Below, piece by piece: positions 20,925-31,602 of a stretch of 64,000 bases of DNA; position 1 is the first letter of the stretch; every line of letters begins with the position of its first letter. The stretch lies in NCBI GenBank assembly GCA_963815195.1, contig CAWFGE010000015.1, positions 480,001 through 544,000 of the forward strand, written 5' to 3'. Source of the DNA: an uncultured Planctomycetaceae bacterium (GTDB lineage Bacteria > Planctomycetota > Planctomycetia > Planctomycetales > Planctomycetaceae). The notes beneath the pieces are model-generated. The model did no database searches and was not told the DNA's origin. It worked only from the letters and a program-made list of their open reading frames with translations. A program made the position numbers and the translations under genes.

Positions 20925-21581
20925 TTAGCCGTTTTTCTTCTGGTCTTGCAGGCGGGCGCGTTCGAGGGGGGAGAGGTTTTTGCCCGCGTCTTTGGCGGGG
21001 GCGTTTTGCGGGGCGGCCGATTCCGCGGGGGGGACCGTTTCCTCGGCGGGGGCTTTTTCGCCTCCACCGGCCCCTTGCTGGCGGGCGAGTTCCAACGGCG
21101 AGAGCTTTTTGCCCGCCGGTTTGGACTCGGCTTTCCCCGCGGGTTTGCTTTCCGCTTTCGCTCCGCCGCCCGCGGCTTGTTGGCGGGCGAGTTCCAAGGG
21201 GGAGAGCTTTTTGCCGGCGGGTTTGGACTCGGCTTTCGCTCCGCCGCCCCCGGCTTGTTGGCGGGCGAGTTCGAGCGGGCTTTTGCCGGCGGTTTTCGCG
21301 GGCGATTTTTTGGCCGTGGCGGGTTTGGCTTCCGCCTCTTCGGCTGGGGCTTTCTTCTTTTTGACCGGAGCGTCCACAACCTGGAGGTTGTTCAGGTCGA
21401 TATCGTACCAGCCGATGTCCTCGGGCCCGTCGAACTCGACCAGAGCCCGGCAGTTCATGTTGACGGTCTTCACCGTGCCCGTGAGGTTTTGAAACCGCCT
21501 CAGATAGGGAACGTCGGGATTGACCACGACGTATTTATCGGTCCATTCGCGTTTTAGTTTTTCAGCTTGTTCGATCGACAT
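20925..21581 (-). CDS. hypothetical protein: small beta domain plus 4x 'SPLE(L/R)AR' repeats
   Basis: MSIEQAEKLKREWTDKYVVV...GWYDID followed by Lys/Ala/Pro-rich repeats. Confidence 0.75.
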   Translation of the reverse strand: MSIEQAEKLKREWTDKYVVVNPDVPYLRRFQNLTGTVKTVNMNCRALVEFDGPEDIGWYDIDLNNLQVVDAPVKKKKAPAEEAEAKPATAKKSPAKTAGKSPLELARQQAGGGGAKAESKPAGKKLSPLELARQQAAGGGAKAESKPAGKAESKPAGKKLSPLELARQQGAGGGEKAPAEETVPPAESAAPQNAPAKDAGKNLSPLERARLQDQKKNG

Positions 21582-21697
21582 CGTCGCAAATTGGGTCAAA
21601 AGGCAAAGGAAGAGGAGAACGGACAGTCCCGCCGCGGGAAAATCTCCGCCCGGCGTTTCAGGGATCATACCCCAAGCGGGGAAAAATGGGAACCAAA

Positions 21698-22762
21698 TTA
21701 CCGCTGATAAATCGGCAGATAGCGGTAATCGATGGCGAGCGCCAAAACGGCCATCGCGGTGCAGTATGTGCGGCCGTAGCGTCCCTCGGCCCGTCCCAGC
21801 CAGCTGCCGTCGAGGTGCTGCGTGGAAATCAGCAGGTTTTCGATCACGGGCTGGGTGTCTTCCCAATACTTGCCGCCCATCTTGAACATGCCCACGCTGC
21901 AATAATAGACGCCGTAGAAGAAATGCTGCTCGTTCCAGTGGAGCGGCCGCCTGAGCAGATAATTCGCGGCCGAAAGGGCCGCCGCGGAATGCACGCGCTT
22001 GCCGTCGACTTCGTCGTGGTCGCCCGCGACTTCGAGGGCAACGAGTCCGGTGCCCGTGCGGACGGCCGTGGGGCGTTGGCCGGGCTGATAAGTGAACCCG
22101 CCGTCGGAACTGCAATTTTTGACATAGGCGATGGCCCGGTCGATGTTTTTCTTGGGCACGTCGCAGCCAACGTTCTTGGCCGCGCGGAGGGCCAGAAGCT
22201 GCCAACCGGTGACGCTCAAATCGCTGTCGGGGCTGGCGGGAGAATATCGCCAGCCCCCTTCGTGGTTGCGGGCTTTGGGCACGTCCTGGGCTTTGATGAT
22301 GACCTCGACGGCCCGCTCCAAAGCTTTTCGGCAGCCTTTCGCCTGGCGTTTTTCCATCATGCCGACGACCTCGGCGAGCATCAACGTGCTGATGCCGTGG
22401 CTGTACATCGGACCGTGGCTCGCGCGCTGCGCCACCAGCATCCCGTCGGGCCGCTGCTGATGGATGACCCACTGAATGCCCTCGCTGATCTTGTCGCCGT
22501 AAGGCCCTTCGCCGGGAACGTGGCCCGCCGCGAGAAACGCCATCACCGCCAGCGACGTGCCCGCGGTGGAGTCGCCGTAGGCGTCGATCCGCCAGGCACC
22601 CGAGGGTTGCTGTTCGCGGGCCAGAAACCGGAGGGCGTTGGAGACCGCCCGATCGACGCGCTCCTGTTGAGGCGTCCGCTCCTGAGCTCCGGCCGTCACC
22701 GGCACCGTGAAAATCAACCCGATCGCGACGACAAACATTCGGTTTCGCAGGAAGGACGACAT
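21698..22762 (-). CDS. prenyltransferase/squalene-hopene cyclase repeat protein
   Basis: Signal peptide, QW-like repeats 'QQPSGAW', 'GGWRY', 'DSDLSVTGWQLLALRAA', 'QHLDGSW'. Confidence 0.85.
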   Translation of the reverse strand: MSSFLRNRMFVVAIGLIFTVPVTAGAQERTPQQERVDRAVSNALRFLAREQQPSGAWRIDAYGDSTAGTSLAVMAFLAAGHVPGEGPYGDKISEGIQWVIHQQRPDGMLVAQRASHGPMYSHGISTLMLAEVVGMMEKRQAKGCRKALERAVEVIIKAQDVPKARNHEGGWRYSPASPDSDLSVTGWQLLALRAAKNVGCDVPKKNIDRAIAYVKNCSSDGGFTYQPGQRPTAVRTGTGLVALEVAGDHDEVDGKRVHSAAALSAANYLLRRPLHWNEQHFFYGVYYCSVGMFKMGGKYWEDTQPVIENLLISTQHLDGSWLGRAEGRYGRTYCTAMAVLALAIDYRYLPIYQR

Positions 22763-22794
22763 AAAAACGATTGCCTTTTGACGTGGGGTCTTCC

Positions 22795-22852
22795 GTAGCG
22801 GCGGCTTCCAGCCGCCGAAGATCGATCCACGGCGGCAAGATGCCGCCGCTAC
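22795..22852. repeat. GTAG-type REP doublet (REPIN)
   Basis: GTAGCGGCGGCTTCCAGCCGCC ... GGCGGCAAGATGCCGCCGCTAC. Confidence 0.85.
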
Positions 22853-22881
22853 GTTGGCTGCGCCTTTGTCGGGGATGACGG

Positions 22882-25800
22882 TTATTTTTCCGCAGAGCGG
22901 GCTTGTTGTTTTTTGAGGAGTTCTTCGGAATAGAGCTTGATCAACCGGGCGTAATCGCCGCCGGGTTTTTGTTGGCTGCCTTCGAGGATTTCCGTCCGCA
23001 GATGGCCGGGGAGTTGGCCCCATTCTTCGCTGGTTTGCCGATGCAGTTCGGCTTCCAAGGCTTCGATGGGGATCGGCGACTGCGAGCCTGGGCCTTCGCC
23101 GCCGGTGCCCGGCTGATATTGGCCGCTTGGGTTGTTCGGATTGGCGGATTGCGCGGACGACGGCCCCTTGCCGGGGACGCCGCCTTGGAGTTGCTGGGCG
23201 GCCTGGCCGAGCGATTGAGCCGCTTGCTGCAAACTCTGGGCGGACTGAGCCAGAGCACTCGGCCGCTGTCCGGGTTTTCCTTGCCCCGGTTGCCCCTGTC
23301 CGGGATTCTGGCCGGGTTGTTGAGATGGCTGCCCGCTTGATTGTCCTGGAGTCTGGGAATCGCTGGAATTTTGACCGGGATCCGCGTCGCCGGGCATCGG
23401 CTTTGTGTTATTTCCGGCGGCGGGTTCCGCGGGATTGGTCGCGGGCTGCGGCGGCTCGTTTCCGGCGTCCGCTTGTTGTTGCGAGGGACTTTCGGCCTGG
23501 GCGTCTTTGAGCTGTTGGCGGGCTTCTTCGAGCCGGCGGCGGGCGTCCGCGACTTGCTCGGCGAGGTCTCCGGGGACGAGCGTGTTTTCGGGCGTCGCTT
23601 CCGGCGGGGCAGGGGACTCGCCCGCGGCTTGGCGGAGCGATTCGGAGGCCTTCTTTCCCGCGCTCGCGGCCTGGGCGGCGTTGCCTTGGGCGGCATTCGA
23701 TTTCGCTTGCCGCATGGACTGGGACGCTTGGGACGCCGCCTGGCCCGCGGCTTGGGTTTTCTGGCCAGGCTGTTCGAGATCCAACGGTTCGCTCGCGAGT
23801 TTTCGGGCTGCCTCCTCGAGTTCGCCCGCCAACTTCCGCGAGGCCTCGGCCAACCGCTCCTGGCCCGCCTGTTGAGCCGATTGCCGGGCGATCGGATTTT
23901 CGGCGGCTTTTTTCAAATCCTCGGCGAGGGCAGCTTGCGCTTTCGCCTGGTCGCCGGCTGCCTGGGCGAGTCCGGAAGGCTTGCCCGCCCCGGCGGCTTT
24001 CGCCAATTCTTCGGCCGACCTTGTCCCGGCGTCCGCGGCGGCTTGGGCGGTCTTCGCGGCTTCTGCGAGCGCGCCGTCTTCGGTCTGTTCGCGGGCGGTG
24101 TTCGCTTTTCTCGCGGCGTCGGCGGCTTCCCGGCTCGCGGCCGATTCCGCCCCGTGATCCTGGGCCACCCGGATCGCCAACTCCGCCGACTTCCGCGCCA
24201 ACGCCGCTTGCCGTTCCGTCAGACTCTGCCCCGCCGCGGCGGTTTGTTGCGGCGATTGCTCAGCGCGCTGAGGATTCGCGCGCGATCATTTTCCCCCGCA
24301 GCATTCCCGGGCGGCTGCTCGGGCTTCGGCTGCGCTGGGGAGCCCGGGGCAGGGGATTTTCCGTTCGCGTTGGGATCACGCTCTTGATTCGGATTTTGCC
24401 CCTCCTGCGGCTCCGGGGCAGGGGATTGGTTGGGGCGCGAAGCTTTTGTGTCCGAAGGATTCTTGCTCGAATTGTTGGGATCCGAAGGATTGGGTTTGGA
24501 ACCGTTGGGACCCAAAGGATTGGGTTTGGAACCGTTGGGATCCGAAAGATTGGCCTGTGGATTCTTGGGGCCCGATTCGTTGGGAGACGGATTCTTGGGG
24601 CGCTGATCGTTCGATTGTTGACCGTTCGCAGGCGGATTGTTCTCTTCCGGCCGCGGGGCAGGCGATTCTGCGGGTTTTTCCGCTGCGGGTTGTGCAGGAT
24701 TCTCCGCTTGGGCGACCTGCTTGTGTTCCTCTTCGGCCTGCTTCTTCTTGAGTTGCTCGATTTCCTGCTTCACGGCACGGGCTTCGCGGGCGAGTTGCTC
24801 GACTTGCTCCGCCGAGGGATTGTCGTTCGACGGCCCTGCGGTCGGGGGCTTTTGAACGAGTTGGTCCAGGTTCCGCAGTTCATCATCCAGTTTTTCCTCG
24901 GGTTGGTTCTTCAGTTGCTGTTTGAGCCGCTCGAGAGCCTCCGCCGCCTTGCGTTTGGCCTCCTCGTTCTTCTGAATCAGCCGCTGGAGTTCCTCGTCAT
25001 CCTCGGGCTTGGGAGGATTCTTGGGAGGCTCCTGTTTGCGATTCTTTTGGAGTGTTTCCAGTTCCTCCTTGGCTTGGGCGGCCTTTTGCAGGGCTTCGAG
25101 AGCCTCGGCCTGAGCCTGGCGGTCTTTTGGGGTGCCGATGTTTTTGGCGAGCTGCTCGAGGGCTTGGGCCGTCTGCTCCGCGGCTTTCGCGGCTTTGCCG
25201 GGATCGTTTTGAATCAAATCCCGCACCGCAGACGCGGCCCCGTCGACCGCTTTCTGCTGCTGTTTTCGCTGGAGCGGCGGGACATCGAGTTCCGCAATCC
25301 CCGCTTGCAAACCGGTTTGGGCTTCGGCCAGTTTGCGGACTTCGTCCTCAAACGCTTTTCGCTCCGCGGGATCGGCGTTTTTCGCGGGTTGACGTTTCGC
25401 GGCCTCCGCAATTCTCTTTTGAAGAGCCCGCTCGCGGGCGGCAAGTTGCTCGGCGGCTTTTTGGGAATCCTTGGGAAGCTCGGCGTTCTTTTTCAGTTCC
25501 GCCGCCAGGGTTTCCAACCGGTCCGCGATCGCCTCTTGCTGCTTCTCGGCGGCATCGAGGTTCCCGGCTTTCAAATTCTCCAGCACCTCCCGCAATTCTT
25601 CGGGATCGATCGGTTTGGCTTGCGGCGGCTGGTTCGTCGGCTTGGGATTCGTTTCGGGCGGTTTGAGCTCGTCGGCTTTCTCGACCAACTTGGCTTGATG
25701 TTCCGCGATCGGGGCGGCTTCTTTCGCGGCTTTGTTGGCGTCCGCTTTGAGGGCGTCCGTCAACACGTCCTGCCGATCCGCGAGGGCCGAGGCTTTTTTG

Positions 25801-28114
25801 GAGAGTTCCGCGATCTCTTCGAGCGCCGTTTTCCGCGCGGCGGCCAGGACCTCGGGGCGGTGGTCCAGCAAATCGTCCAAGGCATCGGCCAATTGCTGGC
25901 GCTCCGCCTCCACCGTGGCTTGATCTTCCCCAAGTTTGGCTTCCCGGGCGGCTTTTTGTTCGGGCGTTTCATCCAGAGGAGGATTCTCCCGCTGTTTGGC
26001 GAGTTCGAGGGCCTGCTCGGCCACGCGGTCGGCCTGCTTCGCCAATCGCGGCACGACCAACAAAGCCCGCTCCAGATCCGCCAGTTCGTCAAACCGCCGG
26101 GCCAGCTTTTCCAGATCCGTTTCGGCGGCGGCGAGGGAGTTTCCCGAGCTTTCGAGCGTCTGGGCTTTCTCGTTCGCCTCGGCTTGGCCGGCGGTTTTTT
26201 GCAGAATGTCGGCGGCTTGGGAAAGCGGTTCGCGGGCGATCCGCTGGGTTTCCGGCGTTAAGTTCACGAACAGGCGATGCCCCCCAAACCGGAGGGCCAA
26301 CTGCTCCAGCCGATCCGCCAGGTCCCGCTGCTGTTTTTCGACGGCCGCGAGTTCCGCCGGCTTCTCGAACGGCTCGCCCTGGGCTGCTTTCTGCTCGGCC
26401 TCGGCTTTCAGGGCCTGGGTCCTCTTGTGGTTTTCGTTCAAGTCTTTGCGGATGGCTTCCAGCACGTCCTTGAGTTCGTTTTGGCGGTTGACGACTTCCT
26501 GGGTGCCGGGGAGTTCGGCCTCGGGGTCGATCAAGAATCCGCCGCTCTTCGGACCAGACTTCGTTGGGACCGGGAACCGGCCGATTGTCCGCCGCCCGCA
26601 CGCGGTAAGTCAGCCATTCGCCATCCGTCAAATGAAACTCCGCCAGGTCCAAGTCGAAGCCGTGGACGACGTCTTTTCGATCGAGCGTCTCCGCGGGGAC
26701 CGCGAGGATTTTCGTGTCTTCCTTCGAGGTCGTGATGTGCAGTTCCAAGGCCGCGACCGCGATGTCGTCCTGGGCGGCCGCTTCGAGGTGAATCCCATCA
26801 TCCGGCCGGGCGCGGGTCGTGCCGATTTGTCCGGCCAACTTCAACGCCGGCGGGCGGTCGGGGATGACGATCAGATTCCGAGGCGGCTCCTCGGCGTTCG
26901 CGAGGCCGAGCTCACCCTGCACGCGGACGGAAAACCAGCCCTCCGAAGCCACCAGTTCCAAGGTCGCGGATTTCTTGTCTTCCGACAGATGAAAGGGCAG
27001 GGCGGCGGGGCGGTCGGCGGGACGCTTGATGTTCGGATCGGCCGCGGAAGCCACCGCTTCCCGCCACAGCCAATCGGCGTTTTTAACGGGCTTGTTGAAT
27101 TCGAGCTGCGCGGAGCCGGCTTCGCTCGAAGACCGTCACATTGCCCACGGCTCCGTCGGTTTTTTGCCCGGGCAGGTTCGTGTACTTCGGCGGGGCGGCG
27201 AAGAGTGTGAACGCCGTGATTTCCGGCCGATCGACAACGGTGATCGAGTGCCGGTCAGATCGCTTTCGCTTGGCGACGGCCTGGTAGCTAAAACCCTCAA
27301 ACACGTGGGGCAGGGTGGCGACGAAGCCTTTTTTCTCCCGGTCGTATTGCATAGGCCGGCGGTCGGTCTCGCCCGCGGGCGTGGTCCACACCAAATCCAC
27401 GGCTTCGGGCAAATTGCTGACGGCTTCGTCTTCGGGCGGGAGAGCCAGGATCGTCACATCCTCCCCGCGGGCCGCCACGCGGTCGCCGTTCGGAATTTGA
27501 AAATACACCTCGGCGGGCAGCTCGTGCGCTCCCCAGGGCGTCAACAGCCGGAGCCACAATTGCCCGTAAACCGAAGGCATGAACACAAACGGCAAGAGCA
27601 AAATCGCGGCCGCCGCGAGCCCGGCCAAGGCGGACTTTCGGGCGCGGTCGGCGGGGACGGCTCCGCGAAAATTGAGATGGGCCACCGAGGCCAAGGTTTC
27701 GGACTCCAGCCACTCCCGCATGAGGGCCGAGCCTTTCTCGTCTTCGGGCACGCTGGGGTCGGTGAGTTCGATCGTCGAAGTCAGGCGTTCGCCTAACTCG
27801 GGGTATTGCGATTCCACGATCGCCGCGAGTTCCGCGGCGGTGAACCGGCGAAACACCGGCGTCAGCACCTCCGTCCAAAGCGTATAACCCAAGACCGCGA
27901 CGACCACGGCCAGCCAGCCGATCCGCAGGCTCTCGCTCAACGGCCAGAACCAATCCGCCAGCAGAGCCGCCGCGCACAACGCCGCGCCCACGACCGCCAG
28001 CCGGCCCAAACCCTGCCAGAGCGCCACCCGTCGCAGCCGGGACGCCAGCCCGTCAAAGCGGGTCGCCAGATCGGAAACCGAAGCAGAGGGCGGAGCCATC
28101 AATTCCGAGGCCAT
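22882..28114 (-). CDS. large membrane-anchored coiled-coil protein (DUF4175-like), split by three frameshifts
   Basis: ORFs 27083-28114, 26089-27054, 24219-26534 and 22882-24201 join up: N-terminal TMs, 'PELGERLTS', 'DRPPAL', 'YRVRAADN', C-terminal 'WGQLPGHLR...YARLIKLY'. Confidence 0.75.
24451..24600. repeat. coding 30-bp tandem repeat (NPSDPNGSKP-like)
   Basis: TCCGAAGGATTGGGTTTGGAACCGTTGGGA period-30 units, degenerate outward. Confidence 0.75.
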
Positions 28115-28619
28115 GCGTAAACTCCCGATGGGGCAATAAGTCCCACCGTTTTAAGGGATTACCGTTCACCATCATTGTATCAAGCCCCGAAGAAACAACC
28201 AGCGGAAAACGAACGGTCGGAGCCGTTTATTCGCCCGCTTGGTGGCGCACCCGAGGCACGAACGGCGTGTGGTTTCCGCGTCCGCCACGCCCTTCGCTCC
28301 GCTCAGGGACGTGCCACCCAAGCCGCTCGGGCCTCAGGCACGTTTGCGAAAGATCGAGCAATGTCGTCGGTTTACTGGGTACGTGCTGCGATCCGCGGAA
28401 TTCTGTCTTTTGCTGGTGCCGGGAAAATCGAATTGCCCTCCGAACGATCCGCGGGCTCGAGAGCGCCTCCAATCAACCGAGCCTCGAAGAACTTCGCCGC
28501 CGCAAAGGATGGTCGCCGTCGCGATAATCCTTCTGACTCTCGGCAGTTCCAGATTCCGTGTGATTGTGGTGCAACTGTCGCGGCTGCATTCGCAGATGAG
28601 ACGCCTGCGCCAAATCGAT

Positions 28620-28818
28620 TTAGGGCCGAAGGCCCGGCTCTATGTGAGCCCAGGGCAAGCGCAGCGCCGCCCTGGGTTACGGATGATGAACCAAACGGAA
28701 GCCCCAACGGGGCGGCCCTATGTGGCATACGTGCAGTTTAGGGCCGCCCGGTTGGGGCTTTTGCATTTCGTTCCTGCCGGTTCCCAGGGCTCACATAAGG
28801 CCGGACCTTCGGTCCTTT
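28620..28818 (+). repeat. ~200-bp MITE-like element, copy B (complete)
   Basis: Imperfect TIRs AGGGCCGAAGGCCCGGCTCTATGTGAGCCC / GGGCTCACATAAGGCCGGACCTTCGGTCCT with internal hairpins. Confidence 0.85.
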
Positions 28819-28890
28819 TTCTGTCGTTTGGAACGACGGAATTTCAAAAGCAAAACCCATGATGAGGGGGATCATCATGGGGTCGCAAGG

Positions 28891-28965
28891 GGTGGATAAG
28901 GGGACTTGAACCCCCGACCTCTGGAACCACAATCCAGCGCTCTAACCAACTGAGCTATATCCACC
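28891..28965 (-). tRNA. tRNA-His(GTG)
   Basis: GGTGGATATAGCTCAGTTGGTTAGAGCGCTGGATTGTGGTTCCAGAGGTCGGGGGTTCAAGTCCCCTTATCCACC: cloverleaf, GTG anticodon, G-1:C73; followed by CCT rather than CCA. Confidence 0.96.
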
Positions 28966-29092
28966 ATGTGGAGCGAGTTTCTCGCTGAAGCGCTTAAGAT
29001 AATTCACAAACTTCGCCGTTGCAACTGTCCGGGCCACGGGGTCCGCGGGGTTTTTGGATTCCAAGTTCCGGGCCCGTTCTTTCCGCCGACTG

Positions 29093-29250
29093 CGTGCGCG
29101 GCCCTCGTTGAAAGACCGCTTACTTCGTGCGCGGCTCTCGTTGAAAGACCGCTTACTTCGTCGCGGCCCTCGTTGAAAGACCGCTTACTTCGTGCGCGGC
29201 TCTCGTCGAAAGTCCGGCTCTCGCCCAAAGTGCGCGGCTCTCGCCGAAAG
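29093..29250 (-). repeat. tandem array (~3 x 33 bp plus decayed units) of the GAGCCGCGCACRAAGTAAGCGGT family
   Basis: CTCGTTGAAAGACCGCTTACTTCGTGCGCGGCT repeated head to tail. Confidence 0.85.
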
Positions 29251-29289
29251 AGCCTTTGATTTTTTTCGTTCCTCCGCCATGATTGAGGA

Positions 29290-30843
29290 ATGAACGCCGA
29301 GCTGCCTTCCTCTGTAGAATCTTCCTCTTCCGCCGATTCCTCGAAACCGCGGCCGCCCAAAAAGCGGTCGCGGCGGGTGTGGGCGTTTCGGCTGGCGGCG
29401 GTGGGGTTTGGGCTGTTGCTTTTGGGCCTGGCGGAGGTCTTGTGTTGGGGCTTTGATTGGGGCCGGCCTTCGCATGCGGACGATCCCTTCGTCGGCTTTC
29501 GCGAGATCCATCCGCTGTTCGAACCGGACGAGACCGGCGAGCGCTACGACATCCCGCCGGCCCGCTTAAAATTCTTCGCCAAGGAATCGTTTCCGGTCAA
29601 GAAGGGCGAAAACACGTTTCGGATTTTTTGCTTAGGCGGTTCGACGGTGCAGGGCCGGCCGTGGTCGAAACCCACCTCGTTCACCACGTTTCTGGAGTTG
29701 GCCCTCCAGGAAGCCGACCCCAGCCGGGATTGGGAGGTCGTCAACTGCGGCGGCGTGTCCTACGCGAGCTATCGCCTGGTGCCGATTTTGAAGGAATGTC
29801 TTCAGTACGAGCCGGATTTGTTCATCCTCTGCACGGGGCACAATGAGTTTCTGGAGGACCGCACGTACGGGCACATCAAAAACGCCCCGGCGGTGCTGCG
29901 GGTGTCGCAGAAGTTTTTCGGCGGCCTCAGGACGTTTACGCTGATCCGCGAAGCCGTCCAGAAAGTTCGCGGCAACGAATCGGACGACCGCCCGGAACTG
30001 AGCGGGGAAACCGAGCCGATCTTGGATTATCACGACAGCCTCAAGGCCTACCATCGAGACGCGGATTGGCGGGCCGGGGTGATCTTGCACTACGAATCGA
30101 ACCTGGCCCGGATGATTGCGATGTCCCGGGAAGCGGGCGTGCCGATGCTCGTCGTATTGCCGCCCTCGAATCTGGGGCACTCTCCGCCCTTCAAGTCGGA
30201 GCACAAAGCCGGCCTGACCCCGGAAGACCGCCGGCGGTTTGATGCCTTCCTCCAAGAGGCGCGGGCGCTCTATAAAACCGATCTGCCCGAGGCCGTGGGG
30301 AAGTTGAAGTCGGCGATCGCGATCGATGGCCAACATGCCGGGGCGTGGTACGAGTTGGGCCAATGCTACCGCACGCTGGGTCTGGCGGCGCAAGCCCGCG
30401 AAGCTTTGGTGCGGGCGCGGGACGAGGACATCTGCCCGCTGCGGATGCTCTCCCCGATGGAACAGGCCCTCAAAGAAACCGTGCGGGACACCGAAACGCC
30501 CTGGCTCGATGCGCACGCGTTATTGGAAGCCGACTGCCGGCAAAAGATTCTGGACGGCCAATGGCTGATCGACCACGTGCATCCCACGATTCCCGGCTAT
30601 CAAAGAATCGCCGACGCCCTGGTGGAAAAACTGGAGGAACAGGGATTCGCCCAACCCGCGAAGGACTGGCAAACGAGGGCCCATCGGGTTTATGAAAAGC
30701 ACGTGGATTCCCTGGGGCGGTTCTATTGGGAACGAGGCGTGCGCACGTTGGACGCGGTGAAAGGCTGGACCCAAGGCCAGGCTGCCGGCCCGCCGGCCGC
30801 GGAGCGGTTTCCTCGCCGCCTCGGACGCGAGAAGAAGAGATAG
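29290..30843 (+). CDS. SGNH/GDSL hydrolase-family protein with TPR
   Basis: 'IFCLGGSTVQG', 'VVNCGGVSYAS', 'GHNEF', 'DHVHP', TPR-like helices. Confidence 0.8.
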   Translation: MNAELPSSVESSSSADSSKPRPPKKRSRRVWAFRLAAVGFGLLLLGLAEVLCWGFDWGRPSHADDPFVGFREIHPLFEPDETGERYDIPPARLKFFAKESFPVKKGENTFRIFCLGGSTVQGRPWSKPTSFTTFLELALQEADPSRDWEVVNCGGVSYASYRLVPILKECLQYEPDLFILCTGHNEFLEDRTYGHIKNAPAVLRVSQKFFGGLRTFTLIREAVQKVRGNESDDRPELSGETEPILDYHDSLKAYHRDADWRAGVILHYESNLARMIAMSREAGVPMLVVLPPSNLGHSPPFKSEHKAGLTPEDRRRFDAFLQEARALYKTDLPEAVGKLKSAIAIDGQHAGAWYELGQCYRTLGLAAQAREALVRARDEDICPLRMLSPMEQALKETVRDTETPWLDAHALLEADCRQKILDGQWLIDHVHPTIPGYQRIADALVEKLEEQGFAQPAKDWQTRAHRVYEKHVDSLGRFYWERGVRTLDAVKGWTQGQAAGPPAAERFPRRLGREKKR

Positions 30844-30975
30844 GGAGATCGGGAGAAGGGGAGATCGGGAGACGCTGATGGCGGCGACCGTATGGCTCGC
30901 AAACCTCTATCTTCTATCCTCCAACCTCACTTGGAACTGCTGAGATGACCGAATGGTTCGAGGCCGTGACCATCG

Positions 30976-31314
30976 CTAATACGGCTTGAGGTACGGATTC
31001 GGGCCGGCCGCCGGGGCGGGGATGGGGGCGTTGGGCAGGGGGGCGGGGTTGGCGGCCGGTTCGACTTCTTCCGTGGGCGGGCCGAAGGGCGGGTAGGGCC
31101 CCACGCGGTAGATGCCTACGCGGGAGTAGCGGGGATCGCACCAGGGTTGGTCCACCGCGCTTTGGTGGCCGACGCAGTCCACCAAATCGCCCCAGCGGTT
31201 TTCCGCCCATTGCAAAGGCCTGGGGGTTTGGCATCTCCAGGTGGGGATGTAACACCCGGACGCCGAGACCAAGAGCAGCACTCCTGCGAACGATAAAGCC
31301 ACGGGTCTCTTCAT
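30976..31314 (-). CDS. small Pro-rich putative lipoprotein
   Basis: MKRPVALSFAGVLLLVSASGC lipobox-like signal. Confidence 0.55.
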   Translation of the reverse strand: MKRPVALSFAGVLLLVSASGCYIPTWRCQTPRPLQWAENRWGDLVDCVGHQSAVDQPWCDPRYSRVGIYRVGPYPPFGPPTEEVEPAANPAPLPNAPIPAPAAGPNPYLKPY

Positions 31315-31602
31315 CGGTGATTGCTCCAAACTTCCCATCTTTTGCAGTTTTCCGCGATTGCTCTCGCGCATCGGGGCCTGGGTTTCTCTTCTTTCTTCGG
31401 AAGCAGGCGGGTGTTTCGATCCGCAAAATTGCCGCCGTTAAAACCCCAAGCCGCGGATTTCCCCGGCACGAGCCGAAAAACCCCTGCGATCGTTAAAGTC
31501 CGCCTGACCGGAAAGTCGAACTGTGAAGGGGAGGTTCTCGCATCAAGCGCGGTGGATTTGCGCCGCGCCGTGCGTGAACCCAGGCCAATCAGGGGAGCAA
31601 TA

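Noticed and set aside
28891..28965. tRNA-anchored genomic island
   Set aside because: No integrase and no duplicated tRNA 3' end seen in the window.
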